Part shown: piece after piece, positions 9,371 to 17,814 of the stretch
How the letters are laid out: every line of letters starts with the position of its first letter
How positions within the stretch are numbered: position 1 is the stretch's first letter
Assembly: GCA_003724325.1 (NCBI GenBank)
Contig: RHFD01000049.1
Location: 1 to 40,077 of the forward strand
Direction: 5' to 3'
Origin: Nitrosopumilus sp. D6
Lineage (GTDB): Archaea; Thermoproteota; Nitrososphaeria; Nitrososphaerales; Nitrosopumilaceae
DNA length: 40,077 bases
Notes under the pieces: model-generated
Told to the model about the DNA's origin: nothing
The model's input: the letters and a program-made list of their open reading frames with translations, nothing else
Databases searched by the model: none
Translations under genes and position numbers: made by a program

Positions 9371-10433
9371 ATCCCACTCCTGCAATGCTGCCTATTATCT
9401 CCTTTATCCTTGCAATGTTTGTGCCAGTGTACGCAGAGACTGGAACGCATTTCTTGCTCTCCTCTAGGCCGAGTATCTCTATCTTTCTGTCAATCTGCCC
9501 GGCATCAATCAGGTCTGACTTGTTGAGCGCATACACTATTTTGTCTTTTTCTATTCCCAGCTCGCCAAGTGTCTTCATGCAGCTAGAGAATTTTTTTCGC
9601 AGCTCACTAGATGTATCGGCGGCATCTATTACTACTATTACCACGTCTGCATACCCGAGCTCCTCAAGTGTAGACTTGAATGCGTCAATCATGTATGCAG
9701 GAAGCTTGCTGATGAATCCCACGGTATCAGATATCAGCAGCGCCTCGCTGCCAATCATCACGCGTCGTGTCGTGGTGGTAAGCGTGGTGAACAGCTCTGC
9801 TCCCTGCGCGCCAGACTCGCCTGTCATCTTGTTAAACAGCGTGGTCTTGCCTGCAGACGTATACCCTGCAAGAGAAATAATCTTGAATCCTATGCGTCTT
9901 CTTGCCTGCCTGTGAAGCTCCCTTTGCTTGCCTGACTTTGCGAGCTTTGTCCTGACTGCCTGCATTCTGTGCTTTATGTCATTATAGTATACGTCGACTC
10001 CAAACTTGCCTATCCCCATGAATCCGGGCTGCTCGCCCATGCTTGAGAGGCGCACCCTTTCCTTGGCGCGGCTCATCTCGTACCGGAGATGCGCGAGCTT
10101 TATCTGCAGCTTTGACTCGGAGCTTGATGCCCTCCTCTCAAATATCTGCAGTATCAGAGTCTCCCTGTCAAGTATCTCCATGTGAAGCTCTGATGCCAGA
10201 TTGTAGTTTTGCCTTGGCTTTAGTATCTCATCAAAGACTATCACATCAGGCCGGAGCTTCTCTGATGTCTTTTTTAGCTCTTCTAGCGCCATGCTGCTCA
10301 TCCCGTACTTTGGCCTTTTGAGAAACTTTTGCCTGACAGTATGCGCCACCCTGTATCCTGCCGCATCACACAGGCCTAGCGCCTCGCCTATTGCATCCTC
10401 CCTGTCATATGTGATTAGTATGGCAGTATCCAC
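9360..10433 (-). CDS. hflX: GTPase HflX
   Basis: [34 protein letters not shown]; likely GTG start at 10433. Confidence 0.94.
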   Translation of the reverse strand: MDTAILITYDREDAIGEALGLCDAAGYRVAHTVRQKFLKRPKYGMSSMALEELKKTSEKLRPDVIVFDEILKPRQNYNLASELHMEILDRETLILQIFERRASSSESKLQIKLAHLRYEMSRAKERVRLSSMGEQPGFMGIGKFGVDVYYNDIKHRMQAVRTKLAKSGKQRELHRQARRRIGFKIISLAGYTSAGKTTLFNKMTGESGAQGAELFTTLTTTTRRVMIGSEALLISDTVGFISKLPAYMIDAFKSTLEELGYADVVIVVIDAADTSSELRKKFSSCMKTLGELGIEKDKIVYALNKSDLIDAGQIDRKIEILGLEESKKCVPVSAYTGTNIARIKEIIGSIAGVGYEN

Positions 10434-10440
10434 GCCCAGC

Positions 10441-11481
10441 TCATCCTGACTTTTTGAGGGCCTTTTCAATATTCATATTGAGCACAATCTCTGCAATATC
10501 GCTTGCATACTCTGAGACCCTCCGTATGTTCTCAGTCATCCTTCTGACCCTGTAGATATCCTCGTCGTCTTTGAGGGTCTTTGAGGCATCGCGGACCTTT
10601 TTCTCATATTTTGAGATCTCCGAGGTCTCCTGGATGGTCCTCTCTGCCTGGACATAGTCCTCCTTGAAGAGGGCAAGACACGACTCGTCAAGTGTGCGCA
10701 GGCAAAACTCGTTCATCTCTTGGAGTCGCGCCAGAACCTCTTTTTTGACGGGCCTCTTAAACTCGAGCAGATCCTTTGCAATGTATGCGGCATGATCCCC
10801 TGTCCTCTCGATGTTTTTTACCACCAGCCTGTACCCGAGGCAGTCCCGCGCGTTTCTAAACCCCATCTCTTCGAGCATGTGCTCGTTTTGTATGGCGATC
10901 TTTAGCTGGCGGATTATGTAAAATCCAAACTTGTCCACCTCGTCATCAGTGTGTATCACCTCTTGCGCCAGATCTAGATTGTTCTCCTTTACTGCAAGCA
11001 GCGCATCACTTGACATTGACTTTGCAAGGTGGATCATTCTCTTAAATGCGCCATCCACTGAGAGCTCTAGCAGGTTTACAAGTACCTGCACTGTGATCCC
11101 GTTGCTAGAGTCTGATGTTATCTCTGATCCCATCAGCATCCGCCTTACTGCCCCCTTTACCGTGTTTCTCTGGCCGGGACTGAGCCTGCCGTTTTTCGGC
11201 TTTACATAAATGGTCTTGAATCCTAAAAAGTAAAGTGATATGAGCTTTCTAACTATTGCAGATCCCTCCTCGCTAGAATCAATCTCAATTACTGCCTCGT
11301 CTTTTTTTTGCGTCCTTGACTCGAACTTTGGCGGATACATCTCTAGCGTCGAGGATCCCCTTCTTACCAGTCTAATCTGATCGCCTTGCTTGAGCCCGAG
11401 ATCTGTTACCCATCGCTTTGGCAGTGATATGATGTACGAGGACTTGCCTGTAAACTGGATCTTTCTTGTCTCCCCTTCCAT
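10441..11481 (-). CDS. Phosphate uptake regulator (AbrB-type N-terminus plus PhoU domains)
   Basis: [20 protein letters not shown] AbrB domain; DDEVD...ERTGDHA PhoU repeats. Confidence 0.9.
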   Translation of the reverse strand: MEGETRKIQFTGKSSYIISLPKRWVTDLGLKQGDQIRLVRRGSSTLEMYPPKFESRTQKKDEAVIEIDSSEEGSAIVRKLISLYFLGFKTIYVKPKNGRLSPGQRNTVKGAVRRMLMGSEITSDSSNGITVQVLVNLLELSVDGAFKRMIHLAKSMSSDALLAVKENNLDLAQEVIHTDDEVDKFGFYIIRQLKIAIQNEHMLEEMGFRNARDCLGYRLVVKNIERTGDHAAYIAKDLLEFKRPVKKEVLARLQEMNEFCLRTLDESCLALFKEDYVQAERTIQETSEISKYEKKVRDASKTLKDDEDIYRVRRMTENIRRVSEYASDIAEIVLNMNIEKALKKSG

Positions 11482-11501
11482 AATCTAAAGAGAAAATTCC
11501 T

Positions 11502-11513
11502 AACTATATAGTT
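11502..11513. promoter_or_regulatory. 12-bp palindrome AACTATATAGTT overlapping the TATA position of the PhoU regulator gene
   Basis: Perfect inverted repeat 21-32 nt upstream of ATG 11481 (minus strand). Confidence 0.5.
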
Positions 11514-11571
11514 TGATATTAAAAGTATGGTTATGCATTGAACTAATATTTAGAATCGCATACTGGCACGC

Positions 11572-12009
11572 GTGGATCACATGATAAAACTCAGACATAC
11601 AATTGATGCCCTGTTTGGCAGCGGTGTCTCGCGGCACCTGCCAAAAAATCTAGACATGACATTTTCGCGCAAGACGGGGCGGCTCAAGACTGCCTCGCAC
11701 GAGGGCAGGCTGCTTTGCACGCTCCGGATAGACGGTGGTCTGGCAATCAGCAAGCTGCTTGCCGGAATGCTGCTAAAGAGCAGGGCGTTTCGGGAGAACT
11801 GTGTCGAGATAAGCGCAGAGGCGGCACCCTTTGTACGGGATGGCAAGTCTGTCTTTTCCAAACATGTGGTGTGGTGCGGAAAAAAGGTGAGCATTGCAGC
11901 CGACACGCCGGTGCTCTTTGAAGGCGAGGTGATTGCAGTCGGAAGGGCAGTCCTGTCTGCCCCCATGATCCGGGATTTCAAAAGAGGCGTGGCAGTCAAG
12001 GTCAGATAG
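11572..12009 (+). CDS. PUA-domain protein (resembles archaeosine TGT C-terminal domains)
   Basis: SRKTGRLK...LRIDGGL, FVRDGKSVFSKHV, IAVGRAVLS...RGVAVKVR. Confidence 0.82.
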   Translation: MDHMIKLRHTIDALFGSGVSRHLPKNLDMTFSRKTGRLKTASHEGRLLCTLRIDGGLAISKLLAGMLLKSRAFRENCVEISAEAAPFVRDGKSVFSKHVVWCGKKVSIAADTPVLFEGEVIAVGRAVLSAPMIRDFKRGVAVKVR

Positions 12010-12039
12010 TTTAAAAGGCAAGCATGGCGCCACACATGC

Positions 12040-12381
12040 ATGATGCGCGGAGGCAACCGTGAGATGCGGAGAATGATGGACAAGATGGGTCTTGACATGA
12101 ACGAGATTCCAAACGTCCAAGAGGTAATAATAAAGACAGACAAAAAGGAGATCATTGTAGCAAAGCCGTCAGTCACAGAGATGAAGGCAAAGGACAACTC
12201 GATATTTACAGTTACTGCCGACAGCTATGAGGAGAGGGAGCTAGAGGTTCCCATATTTTCAGACGAGGACGTGCAGCTGGTGGCACAGGGGGCCGGAGTG
12301 GATGCAGAAAAGGCCAGGGGAGCACTCGAGGAGACAAAGGGCGATCTGGCAAGGGCCATAATGCTTTTGAAGACCGAATAG
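12040..12381 (+). CDS. nac: Nascent polypeptide-associated complex protein
   Basis: MRRMMDKMGL NAC N-terminus; UBA tail DVQLVAQ...GDLARAIM. Confidence 0.92.
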   Translation: MMRGGNREMRRMMDKMGLDMNEIPNVQEVIIKTDKKEIIVAKPSVTEMKAKDNSIFTVTADSYEERELEVPIFSDEDVQLVAQGAGVDAEKARGALEETKGDLARAIMLLKTE

Positions 12382-12418
12382 TGAATAGTTTAATTATTGG
12401 CAGGCATGACTCGCTGAC

Positions 12419-12751
12419 ATGAGCATGGCTGAATCAAAGGTGACTGATATAGTCCGATCACTTGGCACACTTGAAGATGACATGGACTCCCTTGATGCAA
12501 AGACTGCCGAGATGAAAAAGCAGCTTGTCGCAAAGACGCAGGCAGAGGCCGGATCACTACTTGCAAAGACCCGGGAGATGGCATCAAAAGAGGCCGAATC
12601 AATCATCGAGGCGGCCAGGACAAAGGCCACGGCAGAGTCAAAAGAGGTGGAAAAAAGAGGCGAGGTCAGACTCTCTGAGATCGCCTCAAAGATTGATGCC
12701 AGCTTTGATCAAGCCGTCACACATGTCGTGTCAACTGTTTTGAAGCCATAA
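12419..12751 (+). CDS. Coiled-coil protein, A/V-ATPase subunit H/G-like
   Basis: Ala/Glu/Lys-rich helix (EAESIIEAARTKA) ending in FDQAVTHVVSTVL; family call tentative. Confidence 0.6.
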   Translation: MSMAESKVTDIVRSLGTLEDDMDSLDAKTAEMKKQLVAKTQAEAGSLLAKTREMASKEAESIIEAARTKATAESKEVEKRGEVRLSEIASKIDASFDQAVTHVVSTVLKP

Positions 12752-12866
12752 ATCTAAATCAAGGGCGTCTTCTTTCCAATGTATAGACCCGCTACAAAAT
12801 GTCCGCATCGGGATTGCCACCGCCTATGGCAGGCCGTACTATCGCTTTTCGACGCGTCTCAGGCAG

Positions 12867-13433
12867 ATGGGGGTGCGCTTTGACTCGATGCTTCCAGATG
12901 AGATCCCTGGGTATGCCGGGAACTTGGTGCTCACCACCAGGGCAGAATCCCCGGAATGCACAATACCTGTGCTATACGAGGACACTTTGGAATACCATCT
13001 GACTGTGACGCGCGGCATGATGATGCAAAAGCTCGGAGCAGGACTCGAGTTTGAAGAGTTGATACTCGGCGTGGATCCGGGCCAGCGGACGGGTCTGTCT
13101 GTATTTTACTATGGCCAGGAGATTGAGAGCTCTGTGCATCTGTCTGCAGACTGCCTAGTATCTCATATCATCGAGGTGATGGGCGGGCTCTGGGCAAGAA
13201 AAAAAATTGTAAAGATTGGCAACGGCAACATGGATGTTGCAAAAAAGATAATTGACATGCTCAACTTGAGGTTCTGTTCTTCATTTGAGCTAGAGTTTGT
13301 AGACGAGCAAAAGACTAGTCCCAAGATAAAAAACTACAACCAGGGAGGCAAGCGCGACATGCTATCTGCAAGATACATCTCGCGGCGCGAGGGGCACAGG
13401 CGCTCTGTACTACCGCTGTCGATCACAGGCTAG
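12867..13433 (+). CDS. Conserved hypothetical with RNase H-like (YqgF-like) motif; N-terminus probably frameshifted from ATG 12779
   Basis: LGVDPGQRTGLSV...VKIGNG...VDEQKTS...RDMLSA; the frame stays open upstream but has no in-frame start. Confidence 0.7.
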   Translation: MGVRFDSMLPDEIPGYAGNLVLTTRAESPECTIPVLYEDTLEYHLTVTRGMMMQKLGAGLEFEELILGVDPGQRTGLSVFYYGQEIESSVHLSADCLVSHIIEVMGGLWARKKIVKIGNGNMDVAKKIIDMLNLRFCSSFELEFVDEQKTSPKIKNYNQGGKRDMLSARYISRREGHRRSVLPLSITG

Positions 13434-13702
13434 GCGCCATGTTAATCGCAGATGTGCCATGCGCGCAGATTCTGGCAGGAATTGGCAATTTTGCATCCGG
13501 CTTGCAGGCGTGAACAGATGTATCGTTTTCTAGAAATTTCCAAATTTGGAGCTATACATATTTATTGAAGATTTGTTCTTTTTTTTTGAAACTAATCACT
13601 ATATTTAGCGATTATATTCAAATATTATGGTATTTTCTAGCATTTGTATGCGATTTTTTCCGATCCAACCTTATATAGTTATGAATTCTATACAATAGCG
13701 TA

Positions 13703-14086
13703 ATGACTTGTAAGGGAATATGCGTCAGATACAAGGCACAAAAGCCTGTCGGAACCGGAAGGTATGCATCCGGACAGCGCCGCTGCCAGATCTGTGAGAT
13801 ATTCATAAAGTGGGAGGGACTGTGGTGTCCATGCTGCGGATACAGGCTGAGAACAAAACCCCGCAATCTAAAGTACAAGGCAAAACTGCGCGCGCGTGTA
13901 GAGGCAGACTCGCTGGTGGCAAAGGCGGCACGCGCAAAGGTGGCTGCAAAGATACCAAAGGAAAAGACTGCCTGCAAGTATTGTGAAAAGCTGTTCGTGT
14001 ACGCAGACAAGCATGAAAAGAACTGCAAGAAAAACCCAGAGATTAAAAGCTCCTCAAAGAGCGAATCAATAGCAATAAAAGCCTAG
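13703..14086 (+). CDS. Cys-rich zinc-binding protein of thaumarchaeal type with extra C-terminal CCHC finger
   Basis: CKGIC, CQIC, CPCC and CKYC-x9-H-x3-C; TATA (TTATATAG) at ~13671. Confidence 0.8.
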   Translation: MTCKGICVRYKAQKPVGTGRYASGQRRCQICEIFIKWEGLWCPCCGYRLRTKPRNLKYKAKLRARVEADSLVAKAARAKVAAKIPKEKTACKYCEKLFVYADKHEKNCKKNPEIKSSSKSESIAIKA

Positions 14087-14104
14087 ACAACTTTTCTCAT
14101 CTCG

Positions 14105-14425
14105 TTGAACACAAAAAAGACAAGCGTTGATGGTCGCAGCTTTTCGCTCACGGTTCAAAATTTTGAGAACGGATGCCTCGTGTTTGTATCTGAGGGGGCA
14201 GAAAAGATCGGCTCGATGACAGTCTCTCTTGCAACAGGCCCGGCGCCTGTCACCACTACGATAATACCCTCAAAGACAGAGTCGCTGTTTCTCAAGATGA
14301 TGGCAGAGCGGCTTAGTACCCGCATACGGGGAATAGCGCTCGTGTCAGTGTTTACACAAGGGGAGCTTGGAAACAAGACGGCAAAGGCCCTGATGTCTGA
14401 GATTATGGAGATGGTAAGAGTATGA
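14105..14425 (+). CDS. Hypothetical protein (proteasome assembly chaperone 4-like)
   Basis: Stop overlaps the UbiD start (ATGA); family assignment from memory and tentative; start uncertain. Confidence 0.6.
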   Translation: MNTKKTSVDGRSFSLTVQNFENGCLVFVSEGAEKIGSMTVSLATGPAPVTTTIIPSKTESLFLKMMAERLSTRIRGIALVSVFTQGELGNKTAKALMSEIMEMVRV

Positions 14426-15741
14426 GCGATCTGAGGAGTTATCTTGCACAGATAAAAAAGACCCGGGATCTAAAGACTGTGCGCTCGAGGGTCTCGACAA
14501 AATTCGAGATTGCAGGAATCACCGCAAAGGCAGACGGCTCGCAGGCGATACTCTTTGAGAATATCCGGGGAAGCAAATCTAGGCTGGTATCAAACCTGGT
14601 CGGAACAAGGAGGCGCTTTGCGCAGGCAGTCGGAGGCGATGACATACACGCAAGAGTCATCTCTGCAATCAGCAGGGCAAAGAGGCCAAAAAAGGCCCCT
14701 GGCAAATTTTTGCAGAACCGGGCCAGGGACATCTCACCACTGCCAATAGTGACCCATTTTGAAAAAGAGTCAGGCCCGTTTATCACATCCTCGATAGTAT
14801 ATGCAAAGAATCCTGATACTGGCAGGCAGAACTCGTCATTTCACCGACTGATGCCAGTTGACAGGACACATCTTTCAATCCGGATGGTAGAGGGCCGCCA
14901 CTTGCACAGATGCTTTGTTGACGCAAAGGAGCACGGCGAGGATCTAAAGGTGGCAATCACAATAGGCGTGCACCCGGCAGTATCAATTGCCGGAGCATAC
15001 CAGGCAGAGTGGGGCAGAGACGAGATAGACATTGCAAACTCACTGCTTGGCGGCAAGCTGTCCCTTGCAAGACTGGATCATACAGAACTTGATGTGCCGT
15101 CTGGCGCAGAGATTGTCATGGAGGGGAGGATTCTCCGGGATGTGACACACAAAGAGTGGATGGTCGAGATGCTCCAGACATATGATCACAAGAGGGCACA
15201 GCCAGTCTTTGAGCTCGAGTCACTATACCACAGGGACAGCCCCATCTTTCATGACATACTGTCAGGATATTCAGAGCACCGGCTGCTGATGGGAATGCCA
15301 ATAGAATCCAAGCTTACAGGCGGCCTCAAAAAGGCATACGGGCAGACGCGGCGCGTATCTATGACAAACGGCGGCTGCAGCTGGCTCCACGCAGTAGTGC
15401 AGATAAAAAAGAGGACCGGCGCCGATCCAAAAAAAATAATCAAAAAGGCATTTGAGCTTCACCGCTCGCTAAAGCAGGTAATAATAGTCGACGAGGACAT
15501 TAATCCTGACAGCGCCGATTCTGTCGAGTATGCAATGGCCACCAGGTTTCAGGCCGACCGGGATATTATAATACTCAAAAACGTGCGCGGCTCGAGCTTG
15601 GATCCTTCAAGTGATCAAAAGAGACTGCGCACAGCAAAGATGGGCATCGATGCGACACGTCCCCTCTCAAAGCGGCCCGAAGGATTCGAGATCGCGCGGA
15701 TTCCCGGCGTTGAAAAAATCAGGCTAGACAAATATGTCTAA
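14422..15741 (+). CDS. UbiD-family (prFMN-dependent) decarboxylase
   Basis: GPFITSS...N-x-SFHR, AEIVMEGRI, IIVDEDI, SSLDPS, AKMGIDAT. Confidence 0.92.
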   Translation: MSDLRSYLAQIKKTRDLKTVRSRVSTKFEIAGITAKADGSQAILFENIRGSKSRLVSNLVGTRRRFAQAVGGDDIHARVISAISRAKRPKKAPGKFLQNRARDISPLPIVTHFEKESGPFITSSIVYAKNPDTGRQNSSFHRLMPVDRTHLSIRMVEGRHLHRCFVDAKEHGEDLKVAITIGVHPAVSIAGAYQAEWGRDEIDIANSLLGGKLSLARLDHTELDVPSGAEIVMEGRILRDVTHKEWMVEMLQTYDHKRAQPVFELESLYHRDSPIFHDILSGYSEHRLLMGMPIESKLTGGLKKAYGQTRRVSMTNGGCSWLHAVVQIKKRTGADPKKIIKKAFELHRSLKQVIIVDEDINPDSADSVEYAMATRFQADRDIIILKNVRGSSLDPSSDQKRLRTAKMGIDATRPLSKRPEGFEIARIPGVEKIRLDKYV

Positions 15742-16088
15742 CTGTCCTGCTTTGGCCACATCTTGTTCCACGTTTCTGCAAACTTTTTCATCATCTCGCC
15801 ATAAGACTGCACCTGCTCCAGTCCTGTCGAGCTGACGGCCTTTTTCCAGTCTTCTGCAAAGCTTGCAAGCATGGCTGCCCCAGAGTCACCCATGGCCTTT
15901 TGCCAGTTCTCATTGAACAGCTTTATGGTCTCTGCGCTAGATTCTACAGTCGCCTTGTCCCAGACCCTGCCAAACTTGTCTTGCATGTCGGCGCTTGCAG
16001 TCTGCATCTGCTCAAGGAGACGCCTCCAGTTCTCAAGGGATGCCGTGTATTCAAGCCACAGCGTGTCCCACTCTCTAGTCTGAGTCAT
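15738..16088 (-). CDS. Hypothetical amphipathic helical protein, Trp-rich
   Basis: ATG start with TTTAAG TATA-like element upstream; repeated F-x-E-x-W-x-K-A/M units. Confidence 0.75.
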   Translation of the reverse strand: MTQTREWDTLWLEYTASLENWRRLLEQMQTASADMQDKFGRVWDKATVESSAETIKLFNENWQKAMGDSGAAMLASFAEDWKKAVSSTGLEQVQSYGEMMKKFAETWNKMWPKQDS

Positions 16089-16160
16089 TGTTTATGCGGG
16101 GTCTTTGCCATTCTTAAATGGATCCCCGGAATTACACCATTATGTGTATTCCACGGCAAT

Positions 16161-16625
16161 CTATCTCTTGTAATGTATGAGAATGGTTGAAAAAAACGCG
16201 GCAATGGTGGGTCCGGTGGCATATATCAGACTGTCTACAAATGTTATGTCTGTCTGCAAAATTGCGCTAAAACTGTTTGCAGAGAAAACCGTTACGATGG
16301 CAGTAATTATAGATGCGATCAGGCCGTTTACCATGACCCGCCTTGACTCTGGATTTATAATTCCGTTGTTTTCTTCGGTATCACTGATGATTTTTGCCTT
16401 GCGTCTCTTTAAATATTTCTCAAGATGTTTTCTGTATTTATACGCCAAACTGTGAAAAATTACCTCTACCTCGATATTCTCTTCAGGATTTGTTGTTTTT
16501 GTCATAGTAAAACAGCCCTTGAATCCGGCAATCTCTTTTACTTCTTTTCCAAGTGTCGCATATTCTTTTTTTGAATTAACACTGTGAGAATGACCCGATG
16601 TTTTTTTATTGTAGATCACCATCAT
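16161..16625 (-). CDS. Hypothetical protein with two C-terminal TM helices
   Basis: Hydrophobic VMVNGLIASIITAIVTVFS and LIYATGPTIAAFFSTILI; start overlaps the upstream stop; AT-rich DNA. Confidence 0.7.
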   Translation of the reverse strand: MMVIYNKKTSGHSHSVNSKKEYATLGKEVKEIAGFKGCFTMTKTTNPEENIEVEVIFHSLAYKYRKHLEKYLKRRKAKIISDTEENNGIINPESRRVMVNGLIASIITAIVTVFSANSFSAILQTDITFVDSLIYATGPTIAAFFSTILIHYKR

Positions 16626-16903
16626 CCTATGTCTGCTGAAATTCGTTGTACGATCTTAGAGACTCCTTCCAACTGACGTATTTCTGCAGTCAATTTTTCA
16701 ACAGATTCAATGGTCCTGGCATCAATTTCAACGATAATGTCGATCTCCTTGTCGTTTGGAGCCCAGACATCTACAACGTGCCCCATATTTTTAATCTCAT
16801 CCATTACAAGCACACATGCGGCCTTTCCACTCTTTCTTATCTCCTCTTTTAATTCTGATGTGCACTCGACTCGTAGTGTGCCTGTTAGCAGACTCATACT
16901 CAT
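16622..16903 (-). CDS. Lrp/AsnC ligand-binding (RAM) domain-like protein
   Basis: EIKNMGHVVDVW...DIIVEIDA...EIRQLEGVSKI pattern; ATG 16903 overlaps an upstream stop. Confidence 0.65.
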   Translation of the reverse strand: MSMSLLTGTLRVECTSELKEEIRKSGKAACVLVMDEIKNMGHVVDVWAPNDKEIDIIVEIDARTIESVEKLTAEIRQLEGVSKIVQRISADIG

Positions 16904-17052
16904 TCTAAAAGTTTGTTCTCCATGTCTGCACAAAACGGTTCATTCAGTGTAATTCGGTTCATCTTCTCTCCCTGAACCATTAATCCCGGCGTAGATGAAT
17001 TTATAGCTTTGGCAGTTCTGTGGCCTCTTTCAAAATCCACACCCTCATCCAT
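16900..17052 (-). CDS. Small 50-aa ORF (not in ORF track)
   Basis: MDEGVDFERGHRTAKAINSSTPGLMVQGEKMNRITLNEPFCADMENKLLE*; its TGA overlaps the ATG of the RAM-like gene (ATGA). Confidence 0.4.
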   Translation of the reverse strand: MDEGVDFERGHRTAKAINSSTPGLMVQGEKMNRITLNEPFCADMENKLLE

Positions 17053-17171
17053 CAGTAATAGTTTGTCTGCATATGTAATAAATCCTTTTTATGCATGCCT
17101 CTCAGATGTGCCCTAAAACCATATGTGTAATGGCGCGAATATTAAAATTCAAGCCATTCTACTACCCATTG

Positions 17172-17810
17172 ATGGCCGACGAGACAAAGGCAAAAGCTCC
17201 CAAGAAAAAGGCGCCTGTAAAGACTGATGCGGTTGCAAATGCAGAGGCGGCGATAAGTGCAGCAGAAAAGGCAGAAGCTGCGGCTGCAAAGGCCATTGAA
17301 AAGGCAAAGATTGCAAAGGAAAAGGCAGAGGCTGCAGTAGAGGCCGAATACAAGGCCATCGCCGACGAGGTAAAGGCAGATGCTACAAAAAAGTCAGATT
17401 ATACATTCAAGAGGCAGTCCGAAGAGATATTCAGGCGGGAGATGGCAGAGCCAGAGTTCTTTTTGGATAAAAAAGACAGGTTCCCAAGACCCATCCTGTC
17501 TGCCGAAGAGCAAGAAAAGATAACAAAAACTGCAGAGACTCCCAAAAACCAGATTCCAGCATATGTGCCAGAAAACATACTCAGCCCCGAGTTTGGCGGA
17601 CTCTCAAACTATGAGCGCGGAGTCAACGGATTTTTAGAGGATACAAAAAAGAGGCTAAAAGATCTGCGAAATGATCCAGAGGCGACCCAAAAGCAGTTAA
17701 AAAATGCCAAATCAGACATTGCATATTTGGAATCAATACATGAGAACTATCACATTGGAATGAACGTGTTTAGGACGGCAAAGGGCGGACGGGACAAGGT
17801 CAGGAAATGA
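17172..17810 (+). CDS. Hypothetical protein with Ala/Lys/Glu-rich N-terminal coiled coil
   Basis: ATG at 17172 after an AT-rich TATA-like element; 4 nt from the downstream hemA-like gene. Confidence 0.78.
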   Translation: MADETKAKAPKKKAPVKTDAVANAEAAISAAEKAEAAAAKAIEKAKIAKEKAEAAVEAEYKAIADEVKADATKKSDYTFKRQSEEIFRREMAEPEFFLDKKDRFPRPILSAEEQEKITKTAETPKNQIPAYVPENILSPEFGGLSNYERGVNGFLEDTKKRLKDLRNDPEATQKQLKNAKSDIAYLESIHENYHIGMNVFRTAKGGRDKVRK

Positions 17811-17814
17811 TGGC

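Noticed and set aside
13439-13513. 24-aa ORF in intergenic region
   Set aside because: Too short, no motif or obvious promoter.
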